DNA of 64,000 bases from Octopus vulgaris. Its lineage: Eukaryota. The stretch is taken from positions 21,390,001 through 21,454,000 of the forward strand of contig OX597838.1 of assembly GCA_951406725.2 (NCBI GenBank). The letters run 5' to 3'. Shown piece by piece: positions 12,820 through 27,185 of this stretch. Numbering within the stretch: the first letter of the stretch is position 1; each line of letters starts with the position of its first letter. A program made the position numbers and the translations under genes. Below the pieces are notes generated by a model that was given only the letters and a program-made list of their open reading frames with translations, was not told the DNA's origin and searched no databases.

Positions 12820-15119
12820 TGCAGCTTAATAAATAAATAGAAGGAATTGAGGAGAGAATACTTTTCATAGACAATCGAGCTTCAGTCTTTGACAATACAT
12901 TAGTGTGGGAAATCGAGACGAGATACCTTGCTAAGAACATACGTAAAAAATATATATGTTACAGCATCATTAAATATTATGAGACAAAACTGAATGCGGA
13001 AGGCTGCTTTTAGTGGTGTGTATATTAGACAACTTACCGTTCCAAACACACATACATATATATATATATATATTACACAACATAAGCACAGATATAAAGA
13101 GATGCTTTCATTGCTATGTATAATAAACTACTGTTTCTTTCTCTCACTCCCTCTCATACGTACATACATATATGTCGACTTTGCCTTTCATCCTTTCGGG
13201 GTCGATAAATTAAGTACCAGTTAAGCACTGGGATCGATGTAATCGTTTGTCTGTCCTTGTTTGTCCCCTCTATGTTTAGCCTCTTGTGGGTAATAAAAAA
13301 AACAAAAAAAAACATATATATATATATCTTTATTATGTTTATTATGGTAGTTTTGACTTTAAGAGTCCCGCCTAGCGTGAGGCATTTATGTATAGTAATG
13401 CCCTTAATATATATATATTTAAAGGGAATGATTAATAAATTTTTCCCTTATGGGGGTTTTTCACGTTGACTACTTGATAAATTCTTATAAAGATTTTTAT
13501 CCTATTTTAAAATTGTATGTGTGTGTGTGTATGTATGTAAGTATGTATGTGTGTATGTATGTATGTATGTATGTATGTGTGTATGTATGTATAGGTATGG
13601 TGGTGCAAACAGGAAAAATAGAACTCGAAATATGGCTATATGAATATTTTTATTAGTATTTAGCTCAGTGACTCAAGGGCCGGGAGACGAAACTCTCGGC
13701 TCATGAGTCACTCTGTTGCTTCTGCTAAATATTGCGTGCGTGCGTGTGTGTTTAGTTATAATAAAAACAATTTTAGATTAATCTGTTAGGTTACTCTATA
13801 CTTTTGTAAAGTACGAGTTTATGGTTATACAAAAAAGTTGCTGATAGTGACTTCGAAGTTTCAGTTATCTGTCTATCTATCATTATAAAAATAGGGTAAA
13901 GTAAAATAATTTTCTTTACCACACACCGAGCTTTTTAGAAATAGCAGCCAAAAATTTGGCTATTTCTTCTACTGCAAGAAAAGAACTTGGGCCAAGACGA
14001 AACCCATGTCCTTTTTCGCTCGTAATTAAGGTGTTCTTAACATTAAGCTATAGCTCTCCTCAGACTGCAATGATGGAAATTTAATGTGATTAACAATAAA
14101 AGGGCAGAAACCTGAACGTAAAATTGTCGCGAACAGAGGACATCTATTCCTATTTTATATACACATAGATATACATACATACATACAACACACACACACC
14201 TTACAGTTCCACAGGTGTTTCTATGCAACGGTATTTTGTACACGGCAAAGCTTTTAATTATATATAAAATATATGCATTTCTACATTATTAAGTACTGAG
14301 TTCTTTTCTAGAGTAGGAGTGTTGTCGTTGGTTCAAGAACCACACACACATACATACATACACGGATGTGCGTGTGTATGTCTGCGAGTTTGTGTATAGA
14401 CGTAAATGTGTGTGTGTGTGTGAGAGAGAGTGTGTTTCCATGTATAATCAAACAACAAGCTGTTCATAAGAGTTGCAACGGTAATTTAAACATTAAAAAA
14501 AAAAGACCCATAAAAATACTGCTAACGTTAGAGCTATTAATAACTCTTATCTAAACATTTTCATACTTGTTCATAAATTTACAGAAAGTAAAACTGCACA
14601 AAATTTTTTTAAAAAAAAGAAGAAAAATATGCTAAAACAAAGAAAGCTTACACACTCCCTCTATCTCCATACAAGGCACACAAATCATTCACTGTTTTCT
14701 AAAGTTCAGAATTTAAATGAAAAAAAAAAAAGAAAAATTAGTAACGGGTCTTTAGTACAAACCATGATTGATACATTCTCTGACCGGCGTTATCACTACT
14801 AGCATACGTAAATGGTAATTTATTCTACAGACTTCTGGAACTGGAAGAAAGTGTAATGTGCCAAAGCACGAAACTCTCGGAAGTTGAGTCACTCGCTTGC
14901 TTCTGCTAACTATTAATAAAAAAAATATACATCTATTCATGTTCTGAATTCTATTTTTCCTGTTTGCACCAACACACACATACACACACATATATATATA
15001 AGTGAAATTAATGTTTTCTTTTGACACATTCTACCAGTATACGAAGTTTCAAATTGTTTAGTTAACTAGAAAATTCGTCCATCAAAAGGAAAAGATCCTA
15101 TATATATATATATATATAT

Positions 15120-15158
<39 letters not shown>

Positions 15159-15473
15159 AATTGAGGACTGAACACGAAAAGTGGACAGTCAACATGCTAG
15201 ATATAGACGTCAAATCGTCATTCTCCACAAAAGATTATGTTCTCAAATCAAACTCATATATATATAAATATTTTAATCTTCGGATTCTTTTTAATATGCT
15301 AGACCACTGGTTTTAATTGATAACTATTGATTTCTACCCTTAATTAATTTTACATACATATATATATAAGGTTGCAAGACGGAACGAAGATTTTAGAAAA
15401 TTTAAATGAGTGGAAATCGAACCGGTGTGTGTGTTAAATAATAAGACACTAAAAGAGAATGACTCTCCCCAGA

Positions 15474-15519
<46 letters not shown>

Positions 15520-17359
15520 TTTATAAATAGGGTTCAGCAGCGATTCCTTCTACTTTTAAAGTAGAAGGGATAGCTAAGATTTTTTGACTGCTATTTCTAA
15601 ACTTCGGTATGTGGTGAAGCAAATCGCTGCTGAACCCTAGTATAAAGTATTACTTAAGCTTACCATGAAATGGTCCTTTTCATGCCGAATTCTACTCGGT
15701 GAAATTACTGATTACTTCTTAATTAATTAATTTTACCCTTTGTTATTATATACATATATATATGTAGTTATTAGTGTGGGATTATCAATCCGGGCAAAAT
15801 ACTTTATAAGCTGTCTGTTAGTACACCAAGCTAACAAATCCAGCGATTGAGCAAACCTGTCAATAACAAACCGGTAATGAATGATAACTGGAAACAGCTG
15901 CGAGTTAAATTTACTACAATAAAGAAAAATATGTAACGACCATTATTTATGCCTTGTCTTATAAACACACACATACACACACGAATTCTTGTGGGTGATA
16001 AGTTCATAAAGAAGCTATGTTAGGTCATTTATATAAAAAAAAAAAAGGACTCCAAGACAATTTTTATCTATAATCGTTAGTCCGACAAATTTATTATGAG
16101 CCATACGCGAAACAGTATATATTTTGTCGGACTAACGATTATAGATTAAATCTCTCTCACACACACTCATATATATATATATCGGTCAGTAGTTCATATG
16201 TCCGAAAAAGAAGCACGTTCTAAAACATTCGAAACCCTATACTATATCATACTATACATACATATCATATTATATGTGTATATAGAACACCGATTTGAAC
16301 ACAAAACGTTCTGGGACCCACGAAAAAGAAAAATGACAAGACAAGGGCGATGTGTGGCAGAAATGGTAAAGCGGTGGACAAAAGTGCTGTTGCTCTGCAG
16401 TAATTTTATTACAGTCCTTAGCATTTGGTGTTCAAATCTCACTGAGGTCTTTGTCTTCCACATTCCGGTGATCGAAAAAATAGAGTTACCAATGCAATAA
16501 TAATAGTAATTTTAGGCTTTCTTTATGTAAAGGTTAATAGCAGACAAAGACTGAATATTACAAATTATCCTTGTGTAGTTACCGTCGTTAGTTACGATCT
16601 AAAGCGTCCTTCCAGCTATGACCATCCCGTCTTTTATTTAAGTATCGTGTATCATGCACAACGGTATACAATGCATTCTTACATAACTGACATTTTGCTT
16701 GTATTATAGTTTGTTTTCGTTCTTTTAACGGAAATAGATGTTCTAAGGTAAATTTAGTTGCTATTTCTGGCAGGTCAAGCTACCACGTAGAGTCTCTTCA
16801 TGTCGTCTCGTACCGCAAAGTGCTTGCTCTCCGCCGGTTTACAAAGACTGATTCTATTTATAGCTATTGCAGCTGTTGTTTAGCCCCGGGTCAACCGTAC
16901 ATGACCATCCCGGTTTATATATACATATATATGTGTGTGTGTGTGTGTATGTGTGTGTTCTAAGAATATCGAGGACTGCATAATTTAATGTGTCCTTCGC
17001 TTTAATTTTCGTTCTTATACGTAAATTTGTTTTTTCTTTTTGGGAACATGTAAATATTGCGTTGAAGAAGAAAAAAATCTTTCTGGATATATATAAAAAA
17101 AAAAGAAGTCGAAGGCTGCCTATGGGACACTAAAGACAAGACAACAGTTGCTACTTGAGGGAGATTTCGCTACCATTTCTTGCAAGGTGCGACGACCACA
17201 AAGCGACTCATTCTTTAGATCTATCTATAGTAGAAGTAGTAATAGTAAGGTATTATGTAATAATAGATACATACGTTGCACAAGAGCAGATATAAAGCCA
17301 AGTCCAACCTAAGCGCTGTTCCATAGATTCTGTAAATATTATTTTAACAATAAACTTAC

Positions 17360-17437
17360 CGAAGAAGAATCGTTGTCGCACAAAGAGAGAAAGACTTTGC
17401 AGCAGAAGGAAGGGCAAAAAACGAAGGGAAGTAACTC
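17360..17437 (-). other. Candidate non-coding first exon of MAPKAPK5
   Basis: Unique pyrimidine-rich segment ending in TCG|GTAAGT, with an ETS-like GGAAGT near its 5' end. No transcript evidence. Confidence 0.3.
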
Positions 17438-17988
17438 TTAATGGATTATTCTATCTTTTTCTTTCTTTCTTTCTCTCTCTCTCATTCTTGATCTTTCTTT
17501 CTATCTCTTCCTCACTTTCTTTCTTTTCAATCTATCTATCTTTCTTTTTTTTCTTTCTGTCTATTTCTTTCTTTCTCTCTCTCTTCATTTCTTTCTTTCT
17601 CTTTTCTTTCTTTTTCTCTCTCTCTCTCTACCTGTTTCTTTTTCTCATATATGAGAGAGAGAGAGAAGAAGGAAGAAAGAGATAGATAGAAAGAAAGATA
17701 GATACATCTATCTTTCTTTCTATCTATCTCTTTCTTCCTCTCTCTTTCTCTCTCTCATATTTTCTATCTTTCAATCATTTTATCGGTCCTTTTCTCTCTC
17801 TCTCCCTATTTCTCGGTCTTCTGTTTGTATGTATATGTATGTATAAATATATGTATGTCTGTATGCATATGTGTGCGAGTATATATATATATATATATAT
17901 ATATAACACTTAATAAGCGGAATGACCACTAAAGTGGATTCCTATACGCTAGAGATAGACGTCAAACCGCCTTGAGTTATACTCCCTA

Positions 17989-18019
<31 letters not shown>

Positions 18020-18291
18020 GATACAAACAGGAAAAGTAGAACTCAAAATATGAGTATATGTACGTGGACATGCCTACAAAGTCAGAAAACAACACAGCTC
18101 CCATGACTTTCGGAAACATTTTTTCACGCTCAGAGTTGCTGAAGCATGGAATAAACTGCCTGCGTCAGTTGTTGACTGCCATGACACTGCACCCTTTAAG
18201 GCCCTCATGCTTTCCGAAATCCGTCGAAACTACACCTGATTATATATGCACTTTAGATGAGCTGTCGTGCACCTGAGCACTGTACACAATG

Positions 18292-18332
<41 letters not shown>

Positions 18333-19009
18333 GTATATATATTTTTTATTAATATTTAGCAGATGCAACAGAGTGACTCAAGGGCCGGATAGTTTCGTGC
18401 GTTGACACTTAATACACGAAACTCTCGGCGTTGGAGTGACTGTCACTTCTGCTAAATATGAATTAAAACGTGTGAGCGAGTGTATGGCTATGTGTAAAAT
18501 ATATACACATATGACATGGATGCTATGTATGTGTGTGTGTGTGTGTGTGTATGCATGAATGACCGAGTGTATGTGTGTGTGTTAATGTATACGCATAATT
18601 AATTTTGAATTAGCAAATTACAAAAGGAACACGGACAATAACAACAAAAACGACTCGGAAAGACCTACACGTATTCTTCATTTCCATTATATAAACAACG
18701 ATATAAAAACGTTGAAGGTACCCCCCCCCCCAAAAAAAAACACTAACTGCATTTACCCGCATCGCAAAGGCTGGGGGTTGGAAAGGGTGGTTGGGAAGGG
18801 TAAGCACGAAGCACCCCGGGTAGAATCCATCACCTGATACTTCGCTAAGACGAGACACCGACGACGAAGGGCGGATTCGTTGTCGGCGGTACCTGGACTT
18901 GCTTCCGAACGTCACAAATGCGGCCCGGGAAATAAATACAATCCACAAGCAAATTGTATTACAGTTAATAATAGTTCACCCACGTCCGCAACGGCCGACA
19001 CTTTCCGTG

Positions 19010-19860
19010 AGGCGGTGATTATGGTGTTGGTGGTTGTGGTGGTGGTGGCGGCGTTGATTGTGGTGGTTGTGGCGGCGTTGATTGTGGTGGTGGTGGTGGC
19101 GGCATTGATTGTGGTGGTAGTGGTGGTGGTCGTCGTGTTGCGGGCGGCGTTGGTGGTTATGGTAGCGGTGATTGTGGTGGTGGTGGCGGCGTTGATTGTG
19201 GTGGTGGTGGCGGCGGCGTTGATTGTGGTGGTGGCGGCGTTGATTGTGGTGGTGGTCGTCGTATTGCGGGCGGCGTTGGTGGTTATGGTAGCGGTGTTTG
19301 TGGTGGTGGTGGTGGTGGTGGTGGTGGTCGTCGTCGTCGTATTGCGGGCGGCGTTGGTGGTTATGGTAGCGGTGTTTGTGGTGGTGGTGGTGGTGGCGTT
19401 GGCGATGACTGTGGTAGTGGTGTTAGCAGCAATATTTGTGGTGGTGGTGGTGGAGGTGGTATTTGTGGTGGTTGCGGTGTTTGTTGTAGTAGTGATGGTG
19501 GTGGTGGTTGTGGAGATGGTGGTTTTCGAGATGGTGGTTGTGGTGAGGTGGTTGTGGTGGTGGTGGTGGCGGCGGCTATGGTTGTGTTGCAGGCGACGGC
19601 GGTGGTGGTAATAGCGGTGGCTGTGGTAGTGGTGTCAGCGGCGGTGGTTGTGTTGGCGATGGTAGCGGTGATAGTCGAGACGGTGGTTGTGGTAGCGGTG
19701 ATGTCGGCGGCGATCGTGGTCGTAGCGGTTTGCGGTGGTGATGATGGTGGTGATGGAGGCTATAGGGATGGAGGCGGTGGTGACGACCGAACAGTGATGT
19801 TTGTGTTGGTGGTGGCGGTGATGTCAGTGGTGGTGGTAGTAGAGGCGGCGGCGACTACAG
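19010..19860. repeat. Degenerate (GTG/GCG)n triplet low-complexity array
   Basis: Higher-order units such as GTGGCGGCGTTGATTGTGGTG and TTGCGGGCGGCGTTGGTGGTTATGGTAGCGG. Confidence 0.9.
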
Positions 19861-19996
19861 CGATGACGAAGGTGTCGGGGGGTCTCTTGCGTCGGCGGCT
19901 TGAACGAAAGATTATCTGCCTTCGTCTTAAATCTTCTGCTACTCACTTTTTGATTGTTGATTCATAAATCCTTTCATCAAGCAACACACAGACACA

Positions 19997-20102
<106 letters not shown>

Positions 20103-20294
20103 AAAGTTAGATAGGGCCAGTTTATGGGATTACCTTAAGTTTCACACCCATAAAGGGCTTAGCTTTATGGCGTATCATCGGATCTCAAAACCAGCTGACT
20201 AAAAGCCGTAGTAGGCCGTGCCTGTACATATTTACAGAAACCACTTGGTCTCTCATGAACATTTTAACCTCGGCTACTCCATTATATATATATA

Positions 20295-20807
20295 CTGTAT
20301 ATCCTCGAGTATAATCCACGTTTTTTCCCCAAAATTTAAAGGTCAAAATCCCTAGTGCGTACTATATACGAGGTTAAAAATGAAAAGATATTTCCTAAGC
20401 AATGTCCGAGTCTCTATTTGCTGTCCGGCAATGTTTATTCAGACGCATTTTGTGATGTCGGGCGCGAAAACACCTTAAGCTAAGCCTGAAAGCAATGAAG
20501 TCATAAAAGAATCATCCATAACTTGCAGTAAGCAACATTTATTAAACGTTATTACTGTTATTTCTTTATTTTCTGCAAACAAAATGCACAAAAAAGCTAC
20601 ACGTTTGCATTATGTTATATATACAATAATAATAAAGGACGTTACCGTATACATTTTTACAAACCAAGGACGTTATATAGACCTCCTTGACTCAAGTTAG
20701 AGAAGGGGTGCATATTATACACAAGGCTTAGGTTTTTCAGAGGTACAGCCCCCTAAAAATTCCCTGCGTATTATACTCAAGGGCGGACTATATTCAAGGA
20801 TTTACGG
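20295..20807. mobile_element. Tc1/mariner-superfamily (pogo/Tc2-like) MITE
   Basis: TA-CTGTATATCCTCGAGTATAATCC ... GGACTATATTCAAGGATTTACGG-TA imperfect TIRs. Confidence 0.7.
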
Positions 20808-23441
20808 TATATATAGCTTTGGTCGGCCCGATGCTATAGTAGAAGACACTCTCCCAAGGAACATGGAATCATGTGGTTGGGAAGCAAGATTCTTACCTCA
20901 CAACTATACCTGCAACAAATCAACAAATTTTCCCTTTTTTTTTTTTTCTTTGAATACTAAATTTTGATGTTTGACATGATAATTATTAATACGTGTTGTT
21001 AGCGCTCATCAGTGAAGTGTGGCCTTTTCAAAACTGCTTTTGTCTTTTATTGGACAGAAGCTTATACAAGCTGAAGAAATGTTACGAAGATTTTTATTTT
21101 TCCTCTCTCTTTTTTTTCTTTTCTTTTTGTGGGGAGATTGAATATAATTCCAAGATTACGGAAAATAAGATGAGGTAAGGGAAGTAACTTATGTAAGCCT
21201 GTAAATCGAAGCGAAGTACCTAAGGTGGCTTCTAGCCTACATCACGGAGGAGGCAAAAGAAATCTCAGAGGACTGACAACTGACATTCAGATAACAAAAT
21301 ATTAAAAAAAAAAGAAGGGCTGATATGAAGAAAGAAATAAGAATGAATGAATAAATGAAAGAAAGAAAGAAAATAATGTTGAAGCGAGGGAAAGATAGTA
21401 TATATTCTTTCCTACTCCAGGCACAAGGCCCGTAATTTTTGGGGGGGGTGGTCCAGTCGATTAGATCGACCTCAGTACGCACCTGGTACTTAATCTATCG
21501 AACCCGAAAGGATGACAGGCAAAGACGACCTCGCCGTAGCCTCGTGGAACTTAGGTATTTTTGCTCAATAAACGCTCACAATGCCCGGTCCGGGAATCGA
21601 AACCGCGTTCTTACGACCGCGAGTCCGCTGCCCGAACCACTGGGCCATTGCGCCTCCACATTTGCTGCTGTTGCTGTTATTGTTGTTGTTGTTCTTCTGA
21701 CTGTGTGTGTGTGTGGGGGGATAGGTTGTGTTTGTGGTGTTGTTGGTTGAGGTAGTGTTTCAGGTGTTTGTGGTAGTGGTGGTGATGCAGTGTCTGTTTT
21801 GGGTGCATTTAGCTTCGTAGCTTTTTATTATTATTATTTTTCCTCTCCACTGTTTGTTTCGATGAGAATTGTTCTTTGCTCACGGATTTGTTTTTCTTCC
21901 TGTCTTTTCTTCGTTTTTTTTTTTGTTTTTGCTTTCCACTCCTCGTCCCGATCAGACTCCACATGTGATGTCTGCTCGCTGGCTCGCTATCGGAGCTGAG
22001 AAGTATCTGGAAGAATTTGGTGTTGGTGTGGTAAGTATTGGTGCTGCCGTGGTTCATGTTGTTGATGATGATGGTGCTGCTGCTGTTGTTGTTGTTGTTG
22101 TTGTTTGAGTTTTGGTGGCTGTTGTTGGTATTAAGAGGAAAAGTGCCCTCTTTTCTTTTTTCTTTCAATTTAGAGCAGAAAGTTTTTTTTAGCTGATTGC
22201 TTGAAAGGTAAATGTGGTACTTTGCCTTCTTTCCATCCACTCTGATTGGAGTGATAATGCATGCCCCCAGGAAGATGAATCTGGTCTGAGATGACATCCA
22301 CATTTTTTTCACTGGTTTGGATGAGGACCTCTAGCGTCATCCTCGACCAGTTCTCCTTTTTAGTCTGATGGACCGGGGATTTTTTTTAGTTCTTCTCGGT
22401 GCCTATTGCAACCGTTGCAATTAGCTAAGGAATGGCTGTTACTGGCGGAGCCTGCTGTATAATTATCATCTTCGTCAGTCTCTGGCCGCAGTAAAAGGGA
22501 ACCAACAGCAGCTCCTCGCTTTTGAGGGATTTTAGCCGCTTCCTCTTTGTATGTATTTTTTTAGGTTCCAAACGGAACCTAAAGCTTTTGGGATTTGAGC
22601 CTCTGTGACTCTTTCTACCCTCCTTGACTTTAAATCCAATTGTACGGTACGTCACAGAACGACATGTCATTCTTTGGCTAGTATCAATGGTGGTATTTAG
22701 CTTGACAGCCAGCCCATATCATTCGACTAGCTGTCTGACATTTCTGACAATCCTCTTCAGAGAATTAAATTCTCCGATGAGAGGACATGGTGGCACTAGC
22801 GAAAGAAAGTCTAATGCTGTTCCAAGCCTTTGCTCCGGCTTGCTGCTCAGTATCTTCGTCGTTGTTATCGTTGTTGTTGTTGCTGCTGTTGTTGTTGTCA
22901 CCTTTACTATAGTTGTTGTTGTTATTGTTGCTGTTATTGTTGTTTGTTCTGCTGTCGACACCGTCTGACGATTCACACACGAAAGTGCCTTCATTGTTTT
23001 ATATTTTCGTAGATGTCTTCTAGCTGTCCTCTTTGTTGTGCTTCCAAAATAATGTTTTTTTTTGTGATCGGAGCCGCTGTTATTTTTTGAAAGATGCTTC
23101 AAGAGATCTTTCACGGAAAAAAAAAACAAATGGGCCTCTGGTAATTTTTTTGATTGTTTTCTATAAAAGCAGACCTCTCGTCTGCTTTTTGAGATAAGGC
23201 GCCATAGCGCGTCGCGCTCGCATCCTGTCCTATTGTCATTTGGTGACCCTTCTCACGTATGAGCGTCACCGCATTCAGTCTAGGTTTTTCCATGTAGATG
23301 GGGAAAACGCAAACGACTTTTCACTGAAAATTAAGTCAATTGACCCGACCCTAAAACTGAGGGACAAAATGAGAAAAGAAACGCACAAGTCGACAGCAAA
23401 CTTGTCCACGATGGTATAAACTTCAAGGTTGTAAATATACG

Positions 23442-23595
23442 GGATCTTTTCCTTTTGATGGACGGAATTTTCTAGCCAACAAAACAATTTGAAACTTCGT
23501 ATACTGGTAGAATGTGTCAAAAGAAAACAATATTGTAAACAAAATTGAAAACAAAATTGTAATTTGTAATTCCGTCCATCAAAAGGAAAAGATCC
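23442..23595. mobile_element. 154-bp MITE with 28-bp TIRs and 8-bp TSD (Merlin-like)
   Basis: GGATCTTTTCCTTTTGATGGACGGAATT inverted at both ends, TSD AATATACG. Related single ends at about 15024-15098 and 32194-32278. Confidence 0.88.
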
Positions 23596-24612
23596 AATAT
23601 ACGTATTATGTGTTCTTCCTTACAAAAATCACGGAACGAGGGCATGCGTGACTTGCCAAGCTGACGGCCATAATAATAATAATTATTATTACTTATTATT
23701 ATTATTATTATTATGGGCCCGGTTTCCTGGTTTCAATGGCGTATGTGTTCCCCAGCTGGACGGGTCGCCAGTCCATCGCAGCGTTACTCATTTTTTGCCA
23801 GCTGAGTGGACTGGAGCAACGTGAAATGAAGTGTTTTGCTCAAGAACACAACACATTGCCCGGTCCGGGAATCGAAACCACAATCTTCCGACCATGATGC
23901 TGACACCCTAACCACTAAGCCACGCACTAATAGCTTACATCTGTAAAAACAATCTGCAAGTTTTTTTTAATTTTAAATTTCAACTGTAAATTGTAACCAT
24001 TAATTTAATTAGGGATATCTACTTTCACTTATTTAATTGACCACCAGGCTGAATGATTTTAAGATCATTTAATCAATTAGCTGGAAAATTAGTTGTTAAT
24101 TAGGCAAGTCAAATAATTTTTTTTTAGGTTTTATCGCAACCAGCAGTCACTAATTATGGCCACTTTCCCTAGTTATTACCTCCCCTTGACCAGAAATATT
24201 TCAATAACTTTCCACGTTCATATTTACAAACTGTTGGACATTTTCCAACCCTAACCGTCTTATTTCCTAAGTGTCCGAATAGGTTCCTCTCTTAACATTC
24301 ATTCCATGATATTATTTTTTAAATTCTAGTATTACTACCATAAGTGGAGGCGCTTAACTGCTAAGTTACGGGGACATAAACACACCAGCATCGGTTGTCA
24401 AGCGATGGCGGGGGAATGGACAAACACAAACACACATATATACATATATATATAAATATACGACGGGTTTCTTTCAGTTTCCGTCTACCAAATCTACTCA
24501 CAAGGGTTTGGCTGGCCCGAGGTTATAGTGGAAGGCACTTGCCCAAGGTGCCACGCAGTGGGATTGAACCCGGAACCATGTGGTTGGTAAGCAAGCTACT
24601 TACCACACAGCC

Positions 24613-24643
<31 letters not shown>

Positions 24644-24985
24644 CGTGTATATATGTGTATATATATGTATATATATGTGTATATATATGTGTATATATAT
24701 GTATATATATGTGTGTATATATATGTGTATATATATGTATATATGTATATATATATGTATATGTATATATATGTATGTATATATATATATACATACATAT
24801 ATATATATACATATATATATATACATATATATACACATATATATATACACACATATATATATATATACATACCTATATATATATATATATATATATACAT
24901 ACGCACATACCTATATATATATATATATATATACATACACACATACCTATATATATATATATATATATATATACATACACACATA

Positions 24986-25083
<98 letters not shown>

Positions 25084-25135
25084 CATGATATATATATATA
25101 TATATACATACACATATACGTGCCTACATATATAC
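24613..25135. repeat. Compound TA/TG/CA microsatellite
   Basis: Direct inspection. Similar tracts at 2015-2565, 10470-10660, 59320-59470 and 59835-60050. Confidence 0.95.
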
Positions 25136-25374
25136 ATAAATCCTGTTACTATCAAATTGAGTCAAAATGTATTATTTTACCAAAAAATCTGTTCGTAAGT
25201 CGTTCAGCATATATACCCACACATATACATAAAAAAAATCCTCTGTACTTTAAAACTGTTCGTTACCCTTGACCTCCATTAACGAAAACAATAAATAAAA
25301 CGTCTCTTACGCTTCCTCTCCGCTTTTCTGCAGTAACAGACTGTTGTCGTCACTCCCTTTCTCTCTCAGCCTCA

Positions 25375-25382
25375 TCTGTCTG

Positions 25383-25480
<98 letters not shown>

Positions 25481-25489
25481 CATCCATCC

Positions 25490-25537
<48 letters not shown>

Positions 25538-25552
25538 CTCACTCTCTCTCTG

Positions 25553-25619
<67 letters not shown>

Positions 25620-25624
25620 GTCTG

Positions 25625-25690
<66 letters not shown>

Positions 25691-25727
25691 AATCTATCCA
25701 TCCATCCATCTATCCATCCATCCATCC

Positions 25728-25798
<71 letters not shown>

Positions 25799-25852
25799 CA
25801 TCTATCCGTCTATCTATCTATCTGTCTATCCATCTATCCATCTATCTATCTA
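25375..25852. repeat. (TCTA)n/(TCTG)n/(TCCA)n microsatellite
   Basis: Direct inspection. Also at 30793-30930. Confidence 0.97.
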
Positions 25853-26669
25853 AATTTTAAAATAGGATAAAATCTTTATAAGAATTTATGAAATAGTCAG
25901 CGTGAACAACCTCAAAAGGGAAAAATTTATTAATTATTCCCTTTAAATACATTTATTTATATTAAGGGCATTACTACACGTAAATGCCCTTATACGAAAA
26001 TGCCCTTAGACGAAATACCTATTCTTAACTACCACAAGGGGCTAAACGCAGAGAGGACAAACAAGGACAGACAAACGGAGTAAGTCGATTACATCGACCT
26101 CAGTTCATAACTGGTACTTATTTAATCGACCCCGAAAGGATGAAAGGCAAAGTCGACCTCCGCGGAATTTGAACTCAGAACGTAGCGGCAGACGGAATAC
26201 CTATTTCTTTACTGACTACAAGGGACTAAACACTGAGAGGTCAAACAAGGACAGACAAACGGATTAAGTCGATTATATCGACCGCAGTGCGTAACTGGTA
26301 CTTAATTTATCGACCCCGAAAGGATGAAAGGCAAAGTCGACCTCGGCGGAATTTGAACTCAGAACGTAACGGCAGACGAAATACGGCTACGCATTTCGCC
26401 CGGCGTGTTAACGTTTCTGCCAGCTCGCCGCCTTTACTTACGTATTTTGAGAAAAGAATGAGCTGACTCCAACGAAATCTGTTAAGAATGTTTATGATTA
26501 GTTGAAATACGAGGCGTTGCCCGAGTTGAAAACTTGAGGAATAAATGCTAACAATGCAAAGCAATTTATCTTCTGAAAAAAAAAAATTACTCTCTGAGGA
26601 CGTGGAACAAGTACTAGACGCTCAGGAACAAGTTATTCGACGCTCAGGAAAGGAAAATAAAGAAAGAGG

Positions 26670-26705
26670 ATTTCACGTTTCGAGCGGAGCTCTTCATCAG
26701 AAATA
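26670..26705 (-). ncRNA. Minimal type I hammerhead motif
   Basis: ATTT-CTGATGA-A-GAGC(TCC)GCTC-GAAAC-GTG-AAAT. Core intact but the GUG triplet is not a standard NUH site. Confidence 0.6.
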
Positions 26706-26738
26706 TAGAAAAAGTCCAAAGAAGGGAAGACGGAAAAA

Positions 26739-26817
<79 letters not shown>

Positions 26818-27123
26818 ACAAAGTGGAGTTGTAAGGTACCGCACGAGTGGAATTATATATGAAAGAAGGTTTGAAAATGCAATTTTAAAAGATGTTTATT
26901 TACTTTACCGGTTTCACTTTTTAGAAAAAAATTGTCAAAAGTAACATGTAAAAGTTTGGTTGTGTTAATTATTGGTTGTCACAAAATGCTACAATACATA
27001 TATACATTCTTTGGTAACAAGAACATGTTAAGAACATAAAAAAGTTTAACAAGTTCATTAAAATATTGGGCACAAAAGATTACAACATATATATACATTC
27101 TCAAGAAAATGTTAAAGATAGTT

Positions 27124-27185
<62 letters not shown>

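Noticed and set aside
18880-19967. Poly-Val membrane-like ORFs
   Set aside because: Stop-free by composition of the GTG array, with no ATG context or domain.
21968-22030. Plus-strand mini-exon MSARWLAIGAEKYLEEFGVGV|GTAAGT
   Set aside because: No recognisable homology or partner exon. A lone donor can occur by chance.
25344-25853. IYLS-repeat ORFs (also 34753-35330 and 30728-30967)
   Set aside because: Translations of (TCTA)n.
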